A stretch of DNA of 33,810 nucleotides from an uncultured Rhodanobacteraceae bacterium (GCA_964402805.1 CAYOEF010000005.1:1-33810), one strand, 5' to 3'. Shown: positions 1 to 10,349, numbered from the stretch's first letter. Notes: a model not told the origin generated them from the letters alone. Numbers and translations: made by a program.

Positions 1-217
1 CCAGGTCGAGGTCGGTCTCGGCGCCGTCGTCGGTGACGTAGACCTCGCCATGCTGGACCGGGCTCATCGTCCCCGGATCGACGTTGATGTACGGATCGAG
101 CTTCATCAGCGTGACGTCCAGGCCACGCGATTCCAGGAGCGCGGCCAGGGAGGCCGCCGCGATGCCCTTGCCAAGTGAGGACACCACACCGCCGGTGACA
201 AAGATCAGGGGAGTCAT
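1..217 (-). CDS. pyrG: CTP synthase, 5' part (runs off the window start)
   Basis: Read by hand, not in the ORF track: ATG at 217 gives [72 protein letters not shown], the canonical PyrG N-terminus. Confidence 0.98.
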   Translation of the reverse strand, partial: MTPLIFVTGGVVSSLGKGIAAASLAALLESRGLDVTLMKLDPYINVDPGTMSPVQHGEVYVTDDGAETDLDL

Positions 218-293
218 GAGCCATGCCGAACAGGTAAAGGCGTATTTTACAGGCTTGCCACCCTCCCTGCAGCGGTGTGTTTCGCGTGGGCCG

Positions 294-2105
294 TCATTGA
301 TGCCGGTGGTGGCCGCGCAGCTTGTGTGTCTGCGGCCACAAGGCTTCGCACAGGTCGTAGGCGGCGTTGACCAGTGAAATATGCGAGAATGCCTGCGGGA
401 AATTCCCGACCTGGCGTTGCGCGGTGACGTCGTACTCCTCCGACAGCAGGCCGACGTCGTTGCGCAGCGCCAGCAGGCGCTCGAACAGGTCACGCGCCTC
501 CTCCAGCCGGCCCTGCATGGTCATGCAACTGACGAGCCAGAAACTGCACGCCAGGAACACGCCTTCCTCGCCGCTCAGCCCGTCGACGGACGAGGCGGTG
601 TCGTAGCGGCGCACGAAGCCCCCTTTGGTGAGCCGCTTTTCGATGGCGTCGACGGTGCCGCGCACACGCTCGTCGCCAACGGGCAGAAAGCCGACCAGCG
701 GGATGTGCAGCAGGCTGGCGTCCAGCTCCGTTTCGGCACCGTAATACTGGACGAAACTGCCCAGTTTTTTGTTGAAGGCATGCTGGCAGATGTCGTCATG
801 AACCTGTTGGCGCAGGTCGCGCCAATGCGCCACCGGCCCATCCAGGTGGAAATCCTCGGCGCTGCGGATCATACGGTCCAATGCCACCCATACCATCAGT
901 TTGGAATAGGTGAAATGGCGGCGCGGGCCGCGGATCTCCCAGATGCCTTCATCCGGTTGCCGCCAGATGGTTTCCAGGTGCTCGAGCAACCGGCATTGCA
1001 GGCTCCAGCCGGCATCCAGCTCACACAGGCCGCGGCGGCGGCTGTGATGCAGGGCGTCGATGACCTCGCCATACACGTCCAGTTGCAGCTGCTCGCTGGC
1101 GGCATTGCCGACCCGCACCGGTCGACTGGCTTCGTAACCGGCCAGCCATGGCAATTCGTATTCGGTCAGCCGACGCTCGCCGGCCAGCCCATACATGATG
1201 CGCAGTTTCGACGGGTCGCCGGCCACGGCGCGCAACAGCCACTCGCGCCAGGCGTTGGCCTCGTCGGTGTAACCGGCTTCGGCGAGGGCGAACAGGGTCA
1301 GCGTGGCGTCGCGCAGCCAGCAGTAGCGATAGTCCCAGTTGCGGTCTCCACCCAACTGCTCGGGCAGCGATGTGGTGGCGGCGGCCACGATGCCGCCGGT
1401 GTCGTGGTGGATCAGCGCCTTCAGGGTCAGCAGCGAACGCTGGACCGCGTCGGTCCAGGGTCCCGCCGGACGACAGCGATTGGACCAGGCGTGCGCAGCC
1501 TCGGCGCTGCGTGCGATGAGGTCCTCCACATCCGGGGATGGTGGCAGGGGCTGCCACGACGGCGCCCAGGTCAGTGCAAACGGAATACGCTGACCCGCGC
1601 TGATTTCGAAGTCGGCGACCGTGGTGAAATCCTCGCCACGCAGCGTCACCGGGGTATCGAGGACGACGCGATCCGGGCCGGCGAACGCCTGCAGGCGGCC
1701 ATCGGCTGCCCGCATCACCCACGGCACCACGCTGCCATAGCCAAAGCGCAGGCAAAGCTGCATGCGCATCGGTACCGTACCCTCCAAGCCATCGACCAGG
1801 CGCAGCAGTTCCACGCGATCGTCGGCTTGCGGGTACATGCAGTCCACGATCCGGACCGCGCCTTCGGCACAATGGAACGCCGTCTCGAGGACCAGGGTAC
1901 CGGCGCGGTAATGGCGCTCGCCCTGGACGGCGGCATCCCGTGGTGCGATTTGCCAGTACCCGTTCTCGCGCGTGCCGAGCAGCGCGGCAAAGCAGGCATC
2001 GGAATCAAACCGCGGCAGGCACAGCCAGTCGATCGAGGCCTGGCGCGAGACCATCGCCATGGTTCCCGAATTGCCGACAACCGCGTAATCCTCAATCCGT
2101 GTCAT
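294..2105 (-). CDS. Glycoside hydrolase family 15 protein (trehalase/glucoamylase-like)
   Basis: 603 aa. N-terminal IEDYAVVGN...[11 protein letters not shown]; motifs [62 protein letters not shown] upstream of the start. Confidence 0.93.
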   Translation of the reverse strand: MTRIEDYAVVGNSGTMAMVSRQASIDWLCLPRFDSDACFAALLGTRENGYWQIAPRDAAVQGERHYRAGTLVLETAFHCAEGAVRIVDCMYPQADDRVELLRLVDGLEGTVPMRMQLCLRFGYGSVVPWVMRAADGRLQAFAGPDRVVLDTPVTLRGEDFTTVADFEISAGQRIPFALTWAPSWQPLPPSPDVEDLIARSAEAAHAWSNRCRPAGPWTDAVQRSLLTLKALIHHDTGGIVAAATTSLPEQLGGDRNWDYRYCWLRDATLTLFALAEAGYTDEANAWREWLLRAVAGDPSKLRIMYGLAGERRLTEYELPWLAGYEASRPVRVGNAASEQLQLDVYGEVIDALHHSRRRGLCELDAGWSLQCRLLEHLETIWRQPDEGIWEIRGPRRHFTYSKLMVWVALDRMIRSAEDFHLDGPVAHWRDLRQQVHDDICQHAFNKKLGSFVQYYGAETELDASLLHIPLVGFLPVGDERVRGTVDAIEKRLTKGGFVRRYDTASSVDGLSGEEGVFLACSFWLVSCMTMQGRLEEARDLFERLLALRNDVGLLSEEYDVTAQRQVGNFPQAFSHISLVNAAYDLCEALWPQTHKLRGHHRHQ

Positions 2106-2126
2106 CGATCATCTCCCGCGGGCAGG

Positions 2127-2609
2127 TCAATGGTGGTGGGCACCTGGTGCGTGGACGTGCCCGTGGGCGCGCTCTTCCCCGGTGGCCTCGCGCACGTCCG
2201 TCACCTCGACATCGAAATGCAGTGTCTGCCCTGCCAGCGGGTGGTTGGCATCGACCGTGACCTCGTCATCGTTCACCGCCACCACCGTGACCAGGGTCGT
2301 GCCGTGCGGGCCGCTGCTTTGGAACTGCATGCCGGGCGAGATGTCTGCCACGCCCTGGAATGCGGCCCGGGATACCGTCTGCAGCAATTCGTCCCGATGG
2401 GCTCCGTAGCCTTCATCGGGCTCCACGGTGACGTCGAGGGTGTCGCCCACCGAGTGCCCCGCCATCGCCTTTTCCAGCCCCGGCACGACGTTGCCGGCGC
2501 CATGGAGATAGGCAAGCGGCTCGCCTTCGCGCGAGCTGTCGAGAATTTCCCCGTCGGCGTTGCGCAGGGTGTAGTGGAAGGAAACGACGCGTTGATTGTC
2601 GATTTGCAT
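2127..2609 (-). CDS. slyD: FKBP-type peptidyl-prolyl isomerase SlyD
   Basis: MQIDNQRVVSFHYTL...YLHG...DANHPLAGQTLHFDVEV, short His-rich tail (HGHVHAPGAHHH). Start placed at ATG 2609 to match the family N-terminus. Confidence 0.95.
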   Translation of the reverse strand: MQIDNQRVVSFHYTLRNADGEILDSSREGEPLAYLHGAGNVVPGLEKAMAGHSVGDTLDVTVEPDEGYGAHRDELLQTVSRAAFQGVADISPGMQFQSSGPHGTTLVTVVAVNDDEVTVDANHPLAGQTLHFDVEVTDVREATGEERAHGHVHAPGAHHH

Positions 2610-2747
2610 GGGCAATTCCGGATGATGTGAGTGTCCGGCTCGCGCCGGCATGACACGTCAAGGCTAGAGCCGGAAGACGCATGACGCAAATCGGGCCATC
2701 CCGGCGGCAAGCGGTTACCATCACGCGACCGCCCCGGGAAGCCCTGC

Positions 2748-4091
2748 ATGCTCCCTCGCCTCGTTCGCGACTGGAAACACGCGCCGACCCATCGCCGGGT
2801 CTGGGCCCTCGCGGCACCGATGATCGCCTCCAACGTCACGGTCCCGCTGGTGACCATGGTCGATACCGCGGTCGCCGGCCACTTGCCGCATGCCCGGCAA
2901 CTGGCCGCCGTGGCCGTTGGCGGGGCGGTGTTCACGATGCTGGCGTGGGTGTTTGGCTTTCTGCGCATGGGCACGACCGGGTTCAGCGCACAGGCGAATG
3001 GGCGGGCTGACGGCACCGGCCTGCGCAACGTGTTCTGGCAATCGGTGGGATTGGCGCTCGTGCTTGCCGTGCCGGCACTGGTCCTGACGTGGCTCCTGTT
3101 GCCGTGGATACTCGGGTTCATGCACGCTTCGGCGGACCTGCGGACGCTGGCGTTTGCCTACCTGCATATCCGCCTGGTCGCCCTGCCCGTGGTCCTGGTC
3201 AATTACACCGTGACGGGCTGGCTGCTCGGTGTCGAGAACGCGCGTGCGGCATTCACCATGCTGGTCGTCACCAACGTGGTGAATATCGCCCTCAACCTGT
3301 TGCTGGTGCCGGTCTTCCACCTGGGCGTGCCCGGCATTGCGATCGCCTCGGTCGGCGGCGCCCTGGCCGGCATGCTGTACGGCCTGGCACGCGTGCACCG
3401 CGAGCTTGCCCTGCGTCCCGGGGCTCCCGATTGGGAAGCCTTGCGACATCGGGCAAGCTGGCGCAGGTTGCTGGCCGTCAATCGCGACATTTTCCTGCGC
3501 AGCCTGGCGCTGCAAGGCGTGTTTTTTTCCGTGACATTGCTGGGTACGCGGCTGGGCACCGACGTCGTGGCGGCCAACGCCGTATTGATGAATGGGCTGA
3601 TGGTGGTCTCGTACGCCCTCGATGGCCTCGCCAACGCGGTGGAAGCCATGAGCGGCCACGCGATCGGCGCGCACGACGGCACGGCGCTGCGCCGCGTGCT
3701 GGTGGTCAGTGGCGGCTGGTCGGCACTGGCGAGCCTCGTGTTTGCCGCCTTCTTCAACTGGGGCGGGGCCCTGTTCGTGGACATCCAGACCAGTATCGCG
3801 AACGTGCGCGAGGTGGCCTACGCCAGCCTGCCATGGCTGACCGTGCTGCCGCTGGTCGCGGTCTGGAGTTTTTTCCTGGACGGCCTGTTTGTCGGAGCCA
3901 CGCGCGGGCGTGAAATGCGCGACTCCATGTTGGGCGCCGCGGCCGGTTTCGCGCTGCTGGCGTGGTGGCTGCTACCGGCATTCGGCAACCAGGGACTGTG
4001 GGCGGCGTTCCTCGGCTTCATGGCCCTGCGCACGGCCATCATGGCGGCGGTGACGCACGTGCTGAGTCGCCGTCACGCATGGGTACGATGA
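2748..4091 (+). CDS. dinF: MATE family efflux transporter, DinF subfamily
   Basis: 447 aa, many hydrophobic segments; LAAPMIASNVTVPLVTMVDTAVAGHL, FLRMGTTG, NRDIFLRS, LDG motifs typical of DinF. Confidence 0.9.
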   Translation: MLPRLVRDWKHAPTHRRVWALAAPMIASNVTVPLVTMVDTAVAGHLPHARQLAAVAVGGAVFTMLAWVFGFLRMGTTGFSAQANGRADGTGLRNVFWQSVGLALVLAVPALVLTWLLLPWILGFMHASADLRTLAFAYLHIRLVALPVVLVNYTVTGWLLGVENARAAFTMLVVTNVVNIALNLLLVPVFHLGVPGIAIASVGGALAGMLYGLARVHRELALRPGAPDWEALRHRASWRRLLAVNRDIFLRSLALQGVFFSVTLLGTRLGTDVVAANAVLMNGLMVVSYALDGLANAVEAMSGHAIGAHDGTALRRVLVVSGGWSALASLVFAAFFNWGGALFVDIQTSIANVREVAYASLPWLTVLPLVAVWSFFLDGLFVGATRGREMRDSMLGAAAGFALLAWWLLPAFGNQGLWAAFLGFMALRTAIMAAVTHVLSRRHAWVR

Positions 4092-4107
4092 CTGCTAAGG
4101 TAGCGCC

Positions 4108-5769
4108 ATGAGCAAATGGGGATTGCGTCGTTCGCCGTGCATGTTTCCGATCGTGGTTGCATGCCTGGCCGTGGCTGGCTGCAGCACGGCCACGTCGGCC
4201 ACCAGGGCCACGCCAGGTGGATCCGTTGAGCCCGTTCCCGCCATCGCCGTCGAACACGCGCCGGCGCCGGTCCCGGTACCGCCGACCGTGCCCGGCTCCG
4301 CACGGGAGCGGCTGGCGGCGGACATCGACGCCTTCATATCCCAGGCACGCTTCGCCACTGCTGCCTGGGGCATCAGCGTCGTCTCGCTCGACAGCGGGCA
4401 GGTGCTGTACAGCCATCGCGCCGACAAGCTTGCCATCCCGGCGTCCAACGACAAGCTGTTTACCGCCGCGCTCGCCCTGTCCACCCTGGGGCCGCGCTAT
4501 CGGATATACACCTCCCTGTACGCTACCGCCCGCCCGCGCAACGGAACCCTTCACGGCGATCTCATCCTTTATGGTCGCGGTGACCCGACCCTCGGCACCG
4601 ACGCCAACCACTTCGCCTCCGATGCCTGGGCCGATCGCCTTGCGAATGCCGTGGCGCGCCGTGGCGTGCGCCGGGTCAGCGGCAAGCTGATCGCGGACGC
4701 CACCTACTTCACCGGACCGGACATTCCCACGGGCTGGGAGGCACGCGACCTGCAGACCTGGTTCGCGCCACGGCCGTCCGCGCTCACGGTACAGGGCAAC
4801 ATGTTCGTTCTCGACATTGGCCCCGAAAATGGACTGTGCTGCACGATCAAGACCACGCCGGACGTTCCGGGGCTGCACGTGGTCAACCTCACCCAGACCG
4901 ACCCCGCCGCGAGCCACCGCGACCTTGGTATCTATCGCCCCCCCGGTTCGAGCATGCTGTATGCCTACGGCGTGATGCAGCCACATGCCGCCACCCGCCG
5001 CTTCGTGCTGTCGGTGCCTGACCCGGCACGCCTGGCCGGGGTCATCCTGCTCCACGCGCTCGAGCGCCACGGCGTTACCGTCGACGGCGGCGTCCAGGTC
5101 ATCGCCTGGCCGGACCACGATGCCGCCGTTGGCGCCCCCGGGACCGTCAGCCTGGACCGGATCGCCTCGCCGCCACTGCGCGACATCCTCAAGCACACCC
5201 TGAAACACTCGGACAACCTGTATGCCCAGTTGCTGTGGCTGCAATCGGGCGTGCGGCAGGCAGCCGGCGGCGTGTGTCCCGACCGCATGCATGCCCCGCA
5301 TTACACGGCCGGATGGAGTCGTTGCGCGATGCGACAGCTGCTGCGACGCATCGGCATCACGCGCGATGAAGGCGTGATCGAGGAAGGCAGTGGCCTGTCG
5401 CGCAAGGACCTGGTGACGCCGCGCACCATCACGCGCCTGCTCGAATGGCTGTCACGGCGACGTTTCGATGCCGCGTTCGACCACGACCTTGCCGTCGCAG
5501 GCGAGGACGGCACCCTGCGCCACCGCATGCGCCACACGGACGCGGCCGGCAACGTGCACGCCAAGACCGGCACCCTTCAGCACAGCTATACACTGTCCGG
5601 GTACGTCACGGCAGCGTCGGGCGCGCACCTGGTCTTTTCGTTGATGCTGGACAATTACATCCGTCCGACATCGGACACCGGGCAGCGGGTCGGCCCGTCG
5701 CCCCAGCATGACCTCGATGCCATTGCCCTCATGCTTGCCGGATACGGTGGTCAGCCGGCATCACCATGA
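4108..5769 (+). CDS. dacB: D-alanyl-D-alanine carboxypeptidase/endopeptidase (PBP4, peptidase S13), probable lipoprotein
   Basis: SxxK (PASNDK), GRGDP, SxN (SDN), GSGLSR and KTG (AKTGTL) motifs; lipobox-like VAGC. The start could instead be 4141. Confidence 0.92.
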   Translation: MSKWGLRRSPCMFPIVVACLAVAGCSTATSATRATPGGSVEPVPAIAVEHAPAPVPVPPTVPGSARERLAADIDAFISQARFATAAWGISVVSLDSGQVLYSHRADKLAIPASNDKLFTAALALSTLGPRYRIYTSLYATARPRNGTLHGDLILYGRGDPTLGTDANHFASDAWADRLANAVARRGVRRVSGKLIADATYFTGPDIPTGWEARDLQTWFAPRPSALTVQGNMFVLDIGPENGLCCTIKTTPDVPGLHVVNLTQTDPAASHRDLGIYRPPGSSMLYAYGVMQPHAATRRFVLSVPDPARLAGVILLHALERHGVTVDGGVQVIAWPDHDAAVGAPGTVSLDRIASPPLRDILKHTLKHSDNLYAQLLWLQSGVRQAAGGVCPDRMHAPHYTAGWSRCAMRQLLRRIGITRDEGVIEEGSGLSRKDLVTPRTITRLLEWLSRRRFDAAFDHDLAVAGEDGTLRHRMRHTDAAGNVHAKTGTLQHSYTLSGYVTAASGAHLVFSLMLDNYIRPTSDTGQRVGPSPQHDLDAIALMLAGYGGQPASP

Positions 5770-5771
5770 AG

Positions 5772-5804
5772 AAAAGGGCCGGATGGAAACCACCCGGCCC
5801 TTTT
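5772..5804. terminator. Bidirectional intrinsic terminator between convergent dacB and the csp gene
   Basis: AAAAGGGCCGG-(11 nt)-CCGGCCCTTTT: perfect stem with a T-tract on both strands. Confidence 0.88.
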
Positions 5805-5824
5805 GCATCACTTGGTGCCAATTG

Positions 5825-6034
5825 TCAGACAGGACGTACCTGGTCGGCCTGAAGGCCCTTTTGGCCTTCGACCACCACGAAACTGACCTGTTGACCCTCG
5901 GCAAGAGTGCGGAACCCCGTGCCCTCGATGGAACGGAAGTGAACGAACAGGTCCGGCCCGTTGGATTGGGTGATGAAGCCAAAACCCTTGGCTTCGTTGA
6001 ACCACTTGACGGTACCGGTTTGGCGATCCGACAT
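5825..6034 (-). CDS. cspA: Cold-shock protein, CspA family
   Basis: 69 aa [21 protein letters not shown]...DLFVHF with RNP1/RNP2 motifs. GAGG upstream. Exact paralogue identity is uncertain. Confidence 0.95.
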   Translation of the reverse strand: MSDRQTGTVKWFNEAKGFGFITQSNGPDLFVHFRSIEGTGFRTLAEGQQVSFVVVEGQKGLQADQVRPV

Positions 6035-6199
6035 CTCAAAAATCCTCAAAACGAAAAGACACACCGACGCGGGACGCCACGCCGGACGGAACTGGGATTG
6101 CAAGTCACAAGCATAGTTGTGTGAAGCGGATTTGGGGCAACCCCTGAACCAGCAGCATCAAACCACGATGCACGTCGACCACGCAAACACAGGGCGCTT

Positions 6200-6227
6200 A
6201 TTGTACACGCGTGCGCAATACAGGCAA
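6200..6227 (-). promoter_or_regulatory. Sigma70-type promoter of the csp gene
   Basis: Minus strand TTGCCT-16 nt-TACAAT; implies a 5' UTR of about 160 nt. Confidence 0.65.
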
Positions 6228-6253
6228 AGAACAATTCACCGCATAACCGGGTG

Positions 6254-6859
6254 TCAGAATCCGGGATGCAGCAATTGGTTCAGGAAAAAGTGAAGTACGC
6301 GGGGGTCCACCACGGCAGTCACCACGACGCCGTAGGCCGCGCCCCACAGGTGCGCGCCGTGATTGATCCGGTCACCGCCACGGTGTTCCATGTACACGCT
6401 GTAAGCCACGAACATGATGGCGTACACGATGGCTGGCAACGGAAAAAAGAATACGAAAATCAAGGCCCACGGCTGCAACATCACGAATCCGAACCGCACA
6501 CAGGATACCGCTCCCGAAGCGCCCAGGCTGGCGTATTGCGTGTCATTCCAATGCTTCAGGCAACTGGGCAGGCTCGAAACGACCAGGCCACCCAGATAAA
6601 ACAGCACGTACCCGGCCTCGCCGATGCGCGGCACGAAAAACCGCTCCATCAGGGAACCGAAGAAGAACAGCGTGATCATGTTGAACAACAGGTGCCCGAG
6701 ATCCGCATGCACGAACCCCGAGGTCACCAGGCGCCAGTACTCGTGGCGCTCCGAGACGCCCGGCGGCCACAGTACCAGCCGGTACCAGAGCGAGCGGTGC
6801 TTCAGGGCGATGAACGACACCACACAGGTGACGCCGATGATCAGGTAGGTGACGGGCAT
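6254..6859 (-). CDS. Rhomboid family intramembrane serine protease
   Basis: WRLVTSGFVHADLGHLLFNM, catalytic GASG, HGAHLWGA. Confidence 0.93.
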   Translation of the reverse strand: MPVTYLIIGVTCVVSFIALKHRSLWYRLVLWPPGVSERHEYWRLVTSGFVHADLGHLLFNMITLFFFGSLMERFFVPRIGEAGYVLFYLGGLVVSSLPSCLKHWNDTQYASLGASGAVSCVRFGFVMLQPWALIFVFFFPLPAIVYAIMFVAYSVYMEHRGGDRINHGAHLWGAAYGVVVTAVVDPRVLHFFLNQLLHPGF

Positions 6860-7039
6860 GCACGAATCCGGCGCGAAGGCAGTCGCGGCACTTTAACAAA
6901 GCAAGGTCCACTTTCGGCGGCCGTGCCATTGCCTCATCCTGGCCGACATGTCGACACGCAACCGGATGGCCGGGTCGTTCAGTGGCCAGTGGCGGTGCAT
7001 CACCTACCCTTGCGCATGTCACGCCGCAGGACCGAGCCC

Positions 7040-7504
7040 ATGACGTATCGCATGCCCATCGCCCTGGTCGCCACAAGTACATTGCTGCTGGCCGGCTGCA
7101 GCGGTATCGGGACGACCCGCCCGGAGCAATCGCCCACTCCGGGCCAGTCCGCGCAACCCACCGCAAACGCCTGGCAGCAGGCACGCGCCCGCGGCATGGT
7201 GTTTCGCGCGGTCGGCACGGACCCGGCATGGGAGGCCGACCTCGGCAAGGGCCACACGCCGACGCTTTTCGTCAACATCAATGATGGCGCGCAGCAGTTC
7301 GCCGTGCCGGCGATGACGGTGTCCGCGGACCAGACAACCGGCACCATCCGTTTCCGCGGACAGGCCGCCGGCCGCGGTGACGTCGAGATGGACATCCAGC
7401 GGGGCCAGTGCCAGGACAGCATGGCCACCGGCAAGGCAAGCGCCGCGGTAACGCTTGTCATTGGCGCGCGCGCCCTGACCGGGTGCGGCCGCTTCCTGTT
7501 CTGA
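7040..7504 (+). CDS. Small lipoprotein, COG3650-like uncharacterised family
   Basis: ATG at 7040 after AGGA; signal peptide with lipobox LAGC; FRAVGTDPAW, C-x-D-S-M and terminal GCG resemble the COG3650 pattern. The 417-aa ORF call upstream of this is the antisense shadow of the rhomboid gene. Confidence 0.8.
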   Translation: MTYRMPIALVATSTLLLAGCSGIGTTRPEQSPTPGQSAQPTANAWQQARARGMVFRAVGTDPAWEADLGKGHTPTLFVNINDGAQQFAVPAMTVSADQTTGTIRFRGQAAGRGDVEMDIQRGQCQDSMATGKASAAVTLVIGARALTGCGRFLF

Positions 7505-7520
7505 CGACCGGGCGACCTGC

Positions 7521-8357
7521 TCAGGTCGCCGCGCTCTGGAAACCCTTCACCAGACGCTCGAACAACAATCCGTAAGCCACCGCCAGCGGAATGGTGACGA
7601 TGACCGCCGCCGCCATGAGCGATTGCCAGAAGTAGATGTCGCCGCGGATCAACTCGGTCGGAACACCGGCACTCACGGTATGGGCGGATGCCGAGCTGAT
7701 GAAGGTGGTTGCGTAGATGTAGTCGCTCAGCGACAGCGCAAATGCAAACACGATGCATGCGGCAACACCCGGCAGGGACATCGGCAACGATACGCGCGCG
7801 AAGGCTTGCCAGCGGCTGCACCCGTCGATCATGGCAGCCTCTTCCAGTTCGCGTGGCAGCGACTTGAAAAAACCGAGCAGCAGCCAGGTACAAAATGGCA
7901 CGGTGATCGTGGGATAGACCAGTACCAGCGCCCAGATCGTGTCGGACACGTGCAGCGTCGTGATGATCTGGAACAAGGGAATGAAAAGCAGTGTCGGCGG
8001 AATCAGGTAGACAAGGAAAATCGCCATGCCCGAACGCTCGCCCCAGCGCCCCGTCAACCGCGCCAGGCTGTAAGCCGCGGGCACGGACAACACCAGCGTG
8101 ATCACGACCACCAGAACCCCGATGATGAACGAATTCCACAGGAACAAGGGATAGTGGGTGTTCGTGAACAGGAACGTCACGTGCTTGAGCGTCGGCGCCA
8201 CACCAAACCAGAACGGGTTGCTGTGGATGTTGTAAAGATCGGAACTGTGCTTGAGCGACGTGATGCCGGCGACAAGCACCGGAAACACGGCAAACAGCGC
8301 GAAAAGGAACAGGCCCAGATAGAAACCCAGGCGGCGCAGCAGCGTACGTCCCATCAT
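7521..8357 (-). CDS. Carbohydrate ABC transporter permease (MalG-like)
   Basis: EAA loop (LPRELEEAAMIDGCS), multiple TM segments. Start at 8357 gives an ATGA overlap with the upstream permease; GGAGG upstream. Confidence 0.92.
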   Translation of the reverse strand: MMGRTLLRRLGFYLGLFLFALFAVFPVLVAGITSLKHSSDLYNIHSNPFWFGVAPTLKHVTFLFTNTHYPLFLWNSFIIGVLVVVITLVLSVPAAYSLARLTGRWGERSGMAIFLVYLIPPTLLFIPLFQIITTLHVSDTIWALVLVYPTITVPFCTWLLLGFFKSLPRELEEAAMIDGCSRWQAFARVSLPMSLPGVAACIVFAFALSLSDYIYATTFISSASAHTVSAGVPTELIRGDIYFWQSLMAAAVIVTIPLAVAYGLLFERLVKGFQSAAT

Positions 8358-9319
8358 TGCGCCTCCTCCCCGCGGCCATGGCCGTAAGCCATGCGCAAGG
8401 CAAGAATCGCCCCCACCAGCAAAACCGGGAACATGAACAGCGCCACGGCGGCCCCCTGACTGAGTGCTCCGCCACGAATTCCCTTGAGGTAGGCCCAATA
8501 GGGAAGGATCTGCGTCGAATAACCCGGGCCGCCATGCGTGGTGATCGAGGTGACAGCCATCTCGCCGAACACCAGCAAGCCGGCAAACATCAATGCCACG
8601 ACAAGAATCGGCAACATGGCCGGAACCGTGATGGTGAACAGGACCCGGAAGAATCCGGCCCCGTCGACTTGCGCCTGCTCGAAGATGTCTGCGGGAATCG
8701 AGGTGCGCCCCGCAAGGACGATGATGGTCGAAATCGGCAGCAACCGCCATACATTGATCATGACCGTCACGCCAATGCCCAGCCATTCCTTGCCGAAATA
8801 GAACAAATGGTTAGCCGGGCCCCACGGAGTACCGGGGCCGAGCAGGCCAACCTGCCGCAGCAGCCAGTCGACGGCGCTGAACTGCGAATCCAGCAGCCAC
8901 AACCAGTCGATCGCGGCCAGCGAGACCGGCATGGCCCACGGCAGGATGAAAATGATTTCCACCAGCCATTTGCCGCGGAAACTGCGTGCCAGCAGTTCGG
9001 ATTGAGCAACCGCCAAAATGGTCAGGATGGCAAGTGTCGCGAACGTTTCGATGATGCTGTTGCGCAACGCCAGCAGAAATGCCGAGCCGTGTATCACCGA
9101 CGCGAAGTTCGCAAATCCGACGAATCCGTGGATGGAGGGATTGCCGACGGTTGCCGAACTCATGCTCAGCGCAATCGCCAGCACGAACGGCAGCCCGACC
9201 AGCGCCACGATGTAGACCACCGAGGGAGTCAGCATGAGCCAGCCGAGGATCTTGTCGCGATCACCGATGCGGATGTGATCGGTCCCGACGGCGCGCATCG
9301 GGGATTCAGCTGCGCGCAT
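8354..9319 (-). CDS. Carbohydrate ABC transporter permease (MalF-like)
   Basis: FVGFANF, ILPWAMP, degenerate EAA loop (IPADIFEQAQVDGAG). Start is 9319 or 9298. Confidence 0.9.
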   Translation of the reverse strand: MRAAESPMRAVGTDHIRIGDRDKILGWLMLTPSVVYIVALVGLPFVLAIALSMSSATVGNPSIHGFVGFANFASVIHGSAFLLALRNSIIETFATLAILTILAVAQSELLARSFRGKWLVEIIFILPWAMPVSLAAIDWLWLLDSQFSAVDWLLRQVGLLGPGTPWGPANHLFYFGKEWLGIGVTVMINVWRLLPISTIIVLAGRTSIPADIFEQAQVDGAGFFRVLFTITVPAMLPILVVALMFAGLLVFGEMAVTSITTHGGPGYSTQILPYWAYLKGIRGGALSQGAAVALFMFPVLLVGAILALRMAYGHGRGEEAQ

Positions 9320-10349
9320 CGGAGATCCTCAGGCCGGTTTCCGCGTTGAACATGCGCAATTGCCTGGCGCCGACCATGAAACGGCGCTGCTCGCCGACCC
9401 GCAAGGATGCGGCGACTTCCGGCGAGACCTTGGCGAGCACGTTTTCCTCGCCGTTGTCGCCATTGGCAATGCCGTGCACCATCCACACCGAGCCCAGGAA
9501 CTCGAGCCGGCTGATGTTCACGTCGAGGTCGAAACGATTCGCTTCCGGAACGTCCGCCACCCCGGGCGTGTTGTCCGGAACCACGTATTCGGCGCGAAAG
9601 CCGACGATATGCCCGTTTCGATGCAGCATGTTCATCGGCGGCGCACCGAGAAACCCCGCCACGAACGTGTCGGCGGGGTGTTCGTAAAGTTCAAGTGGCG
9701 TGCCCACCTGTCGCACTCTTCCGCGCTTCATGATGGCAATGCGATCACCCATGCTGAGCGCTTCGATCTGATCGTGCGTAACGTAGACGGTACTGACGCC
9801 GGTACGATCATGCAGGCTTCGCAACTCGCCGCGTGCCATGGTACGCACCTGCGCGTCGAGCGAACTCAGTGGTTCGTCGAAAATGAACAAGGTCGGATCG
9901 CGCACCAACGCGCGAGCCAACGCGACTTTCTGTTTTTCACCACCTGAAAGCCGCGTCGGCTTGCGTTTGAGCAGGTACTCGATACCCATGGTGGCCGCCG
10001 CCCATTTCACCTTGCTTTCACGTTCGTCGCGCGGAATGCCACGCGACTTGAGTGGAAAGGCGATGTTCTTGGCCACCGACATGCTTGGATACAGCGCATA
10101 GCTCTGAAAGACCATCGAAACATTGCGCGCCCGCGGCGGCAGGTGCGTGACCGGTTTGCCACCGATCAGGATCTCGCCCGACGTGGGTAATTCCAACCCC
10201 GCGATCATCCGCATCGTGGTGCTTTTCCCACAGCCCGACGGGCCGAGGATTGCAAGGAACTCGCCATCGGCAACGGCAAGGTCGATGCCGTCCACCGCGT
10301 GGATGTCCCCGTAATGTTTCGAAATTCCCTTGAGTTCTAACGTTGCCAT
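9306..10349 (-). CDS. Carbohydrate ABC transporter ATP-binding subunit (MalK/UgpC-like)
   Basis: Walker A GPSGCGKS, Q-loop VFQSYALY, signature LSGGEKQ, Walker B/D-loop DEPLSSLD, YVTHDQ. Confidence 0.96.
   Translation of the reverse strand: MATLELKGISKHYGDIHAVDGIDLAVADGEFLAILGPSGCGKSTTMRMIAGLELPTSGEILIGGKPVTHLPPRARNVSMVFQSYALYPSMSVAKNIAFPLKSRGIPRDERESKVKWAAATMGIEYLLKRKPTRLSGGEKQKVALARALVRDPTLFIFDEPLSSLDAQVRTMARGELRSLHDRTGVSTVYVTHDQIEALSMGDRIAIMKRGRVRQVGTPLELYEHPADTFVAGFLGAPPMNMLHRNGHIVGFRAEYVVPDNTPGVADVPEANRFDLDVNISRLEFLGSVWMVHGIANGDNGEENVLAKVSPEVAASLRVGEQRRFMVGARQLRMFNAETGLRISDARS

Noticed and set aside
47-70. PyrG MSPVQHGE instead of the common MSPFQHGE
   Set aside because: This position varies among CTP synthases (hydrophobic substitutions), so it is not notable.
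381-2630. 749-aa plus-strand ORF
   Set aside because: Antisense shadow of GH15 and slyD; long stop-free reverse frames are common at high GC, and it has no motifs.
2610-2747. SOS box upstream of dinF
   Set aside because: No CTGT-N8-ACAG-like LexA site seen and no lexA adjacent.
6480-6525. Arg within the rhomboid catalytic helix (GASGAVSCVRFG)
   Set aside because: Catalytic Ser and His are intact and the frame is open; a single odd residue cannot be interpreted without reads or homologues.
6251-7039. Apparent long N-terminal extension of the lipoprotein (417-aa ORF)
   Set aside because: Overlaps the rhomboid gene antisense; the signal peptide and SD point to ATG 7040.
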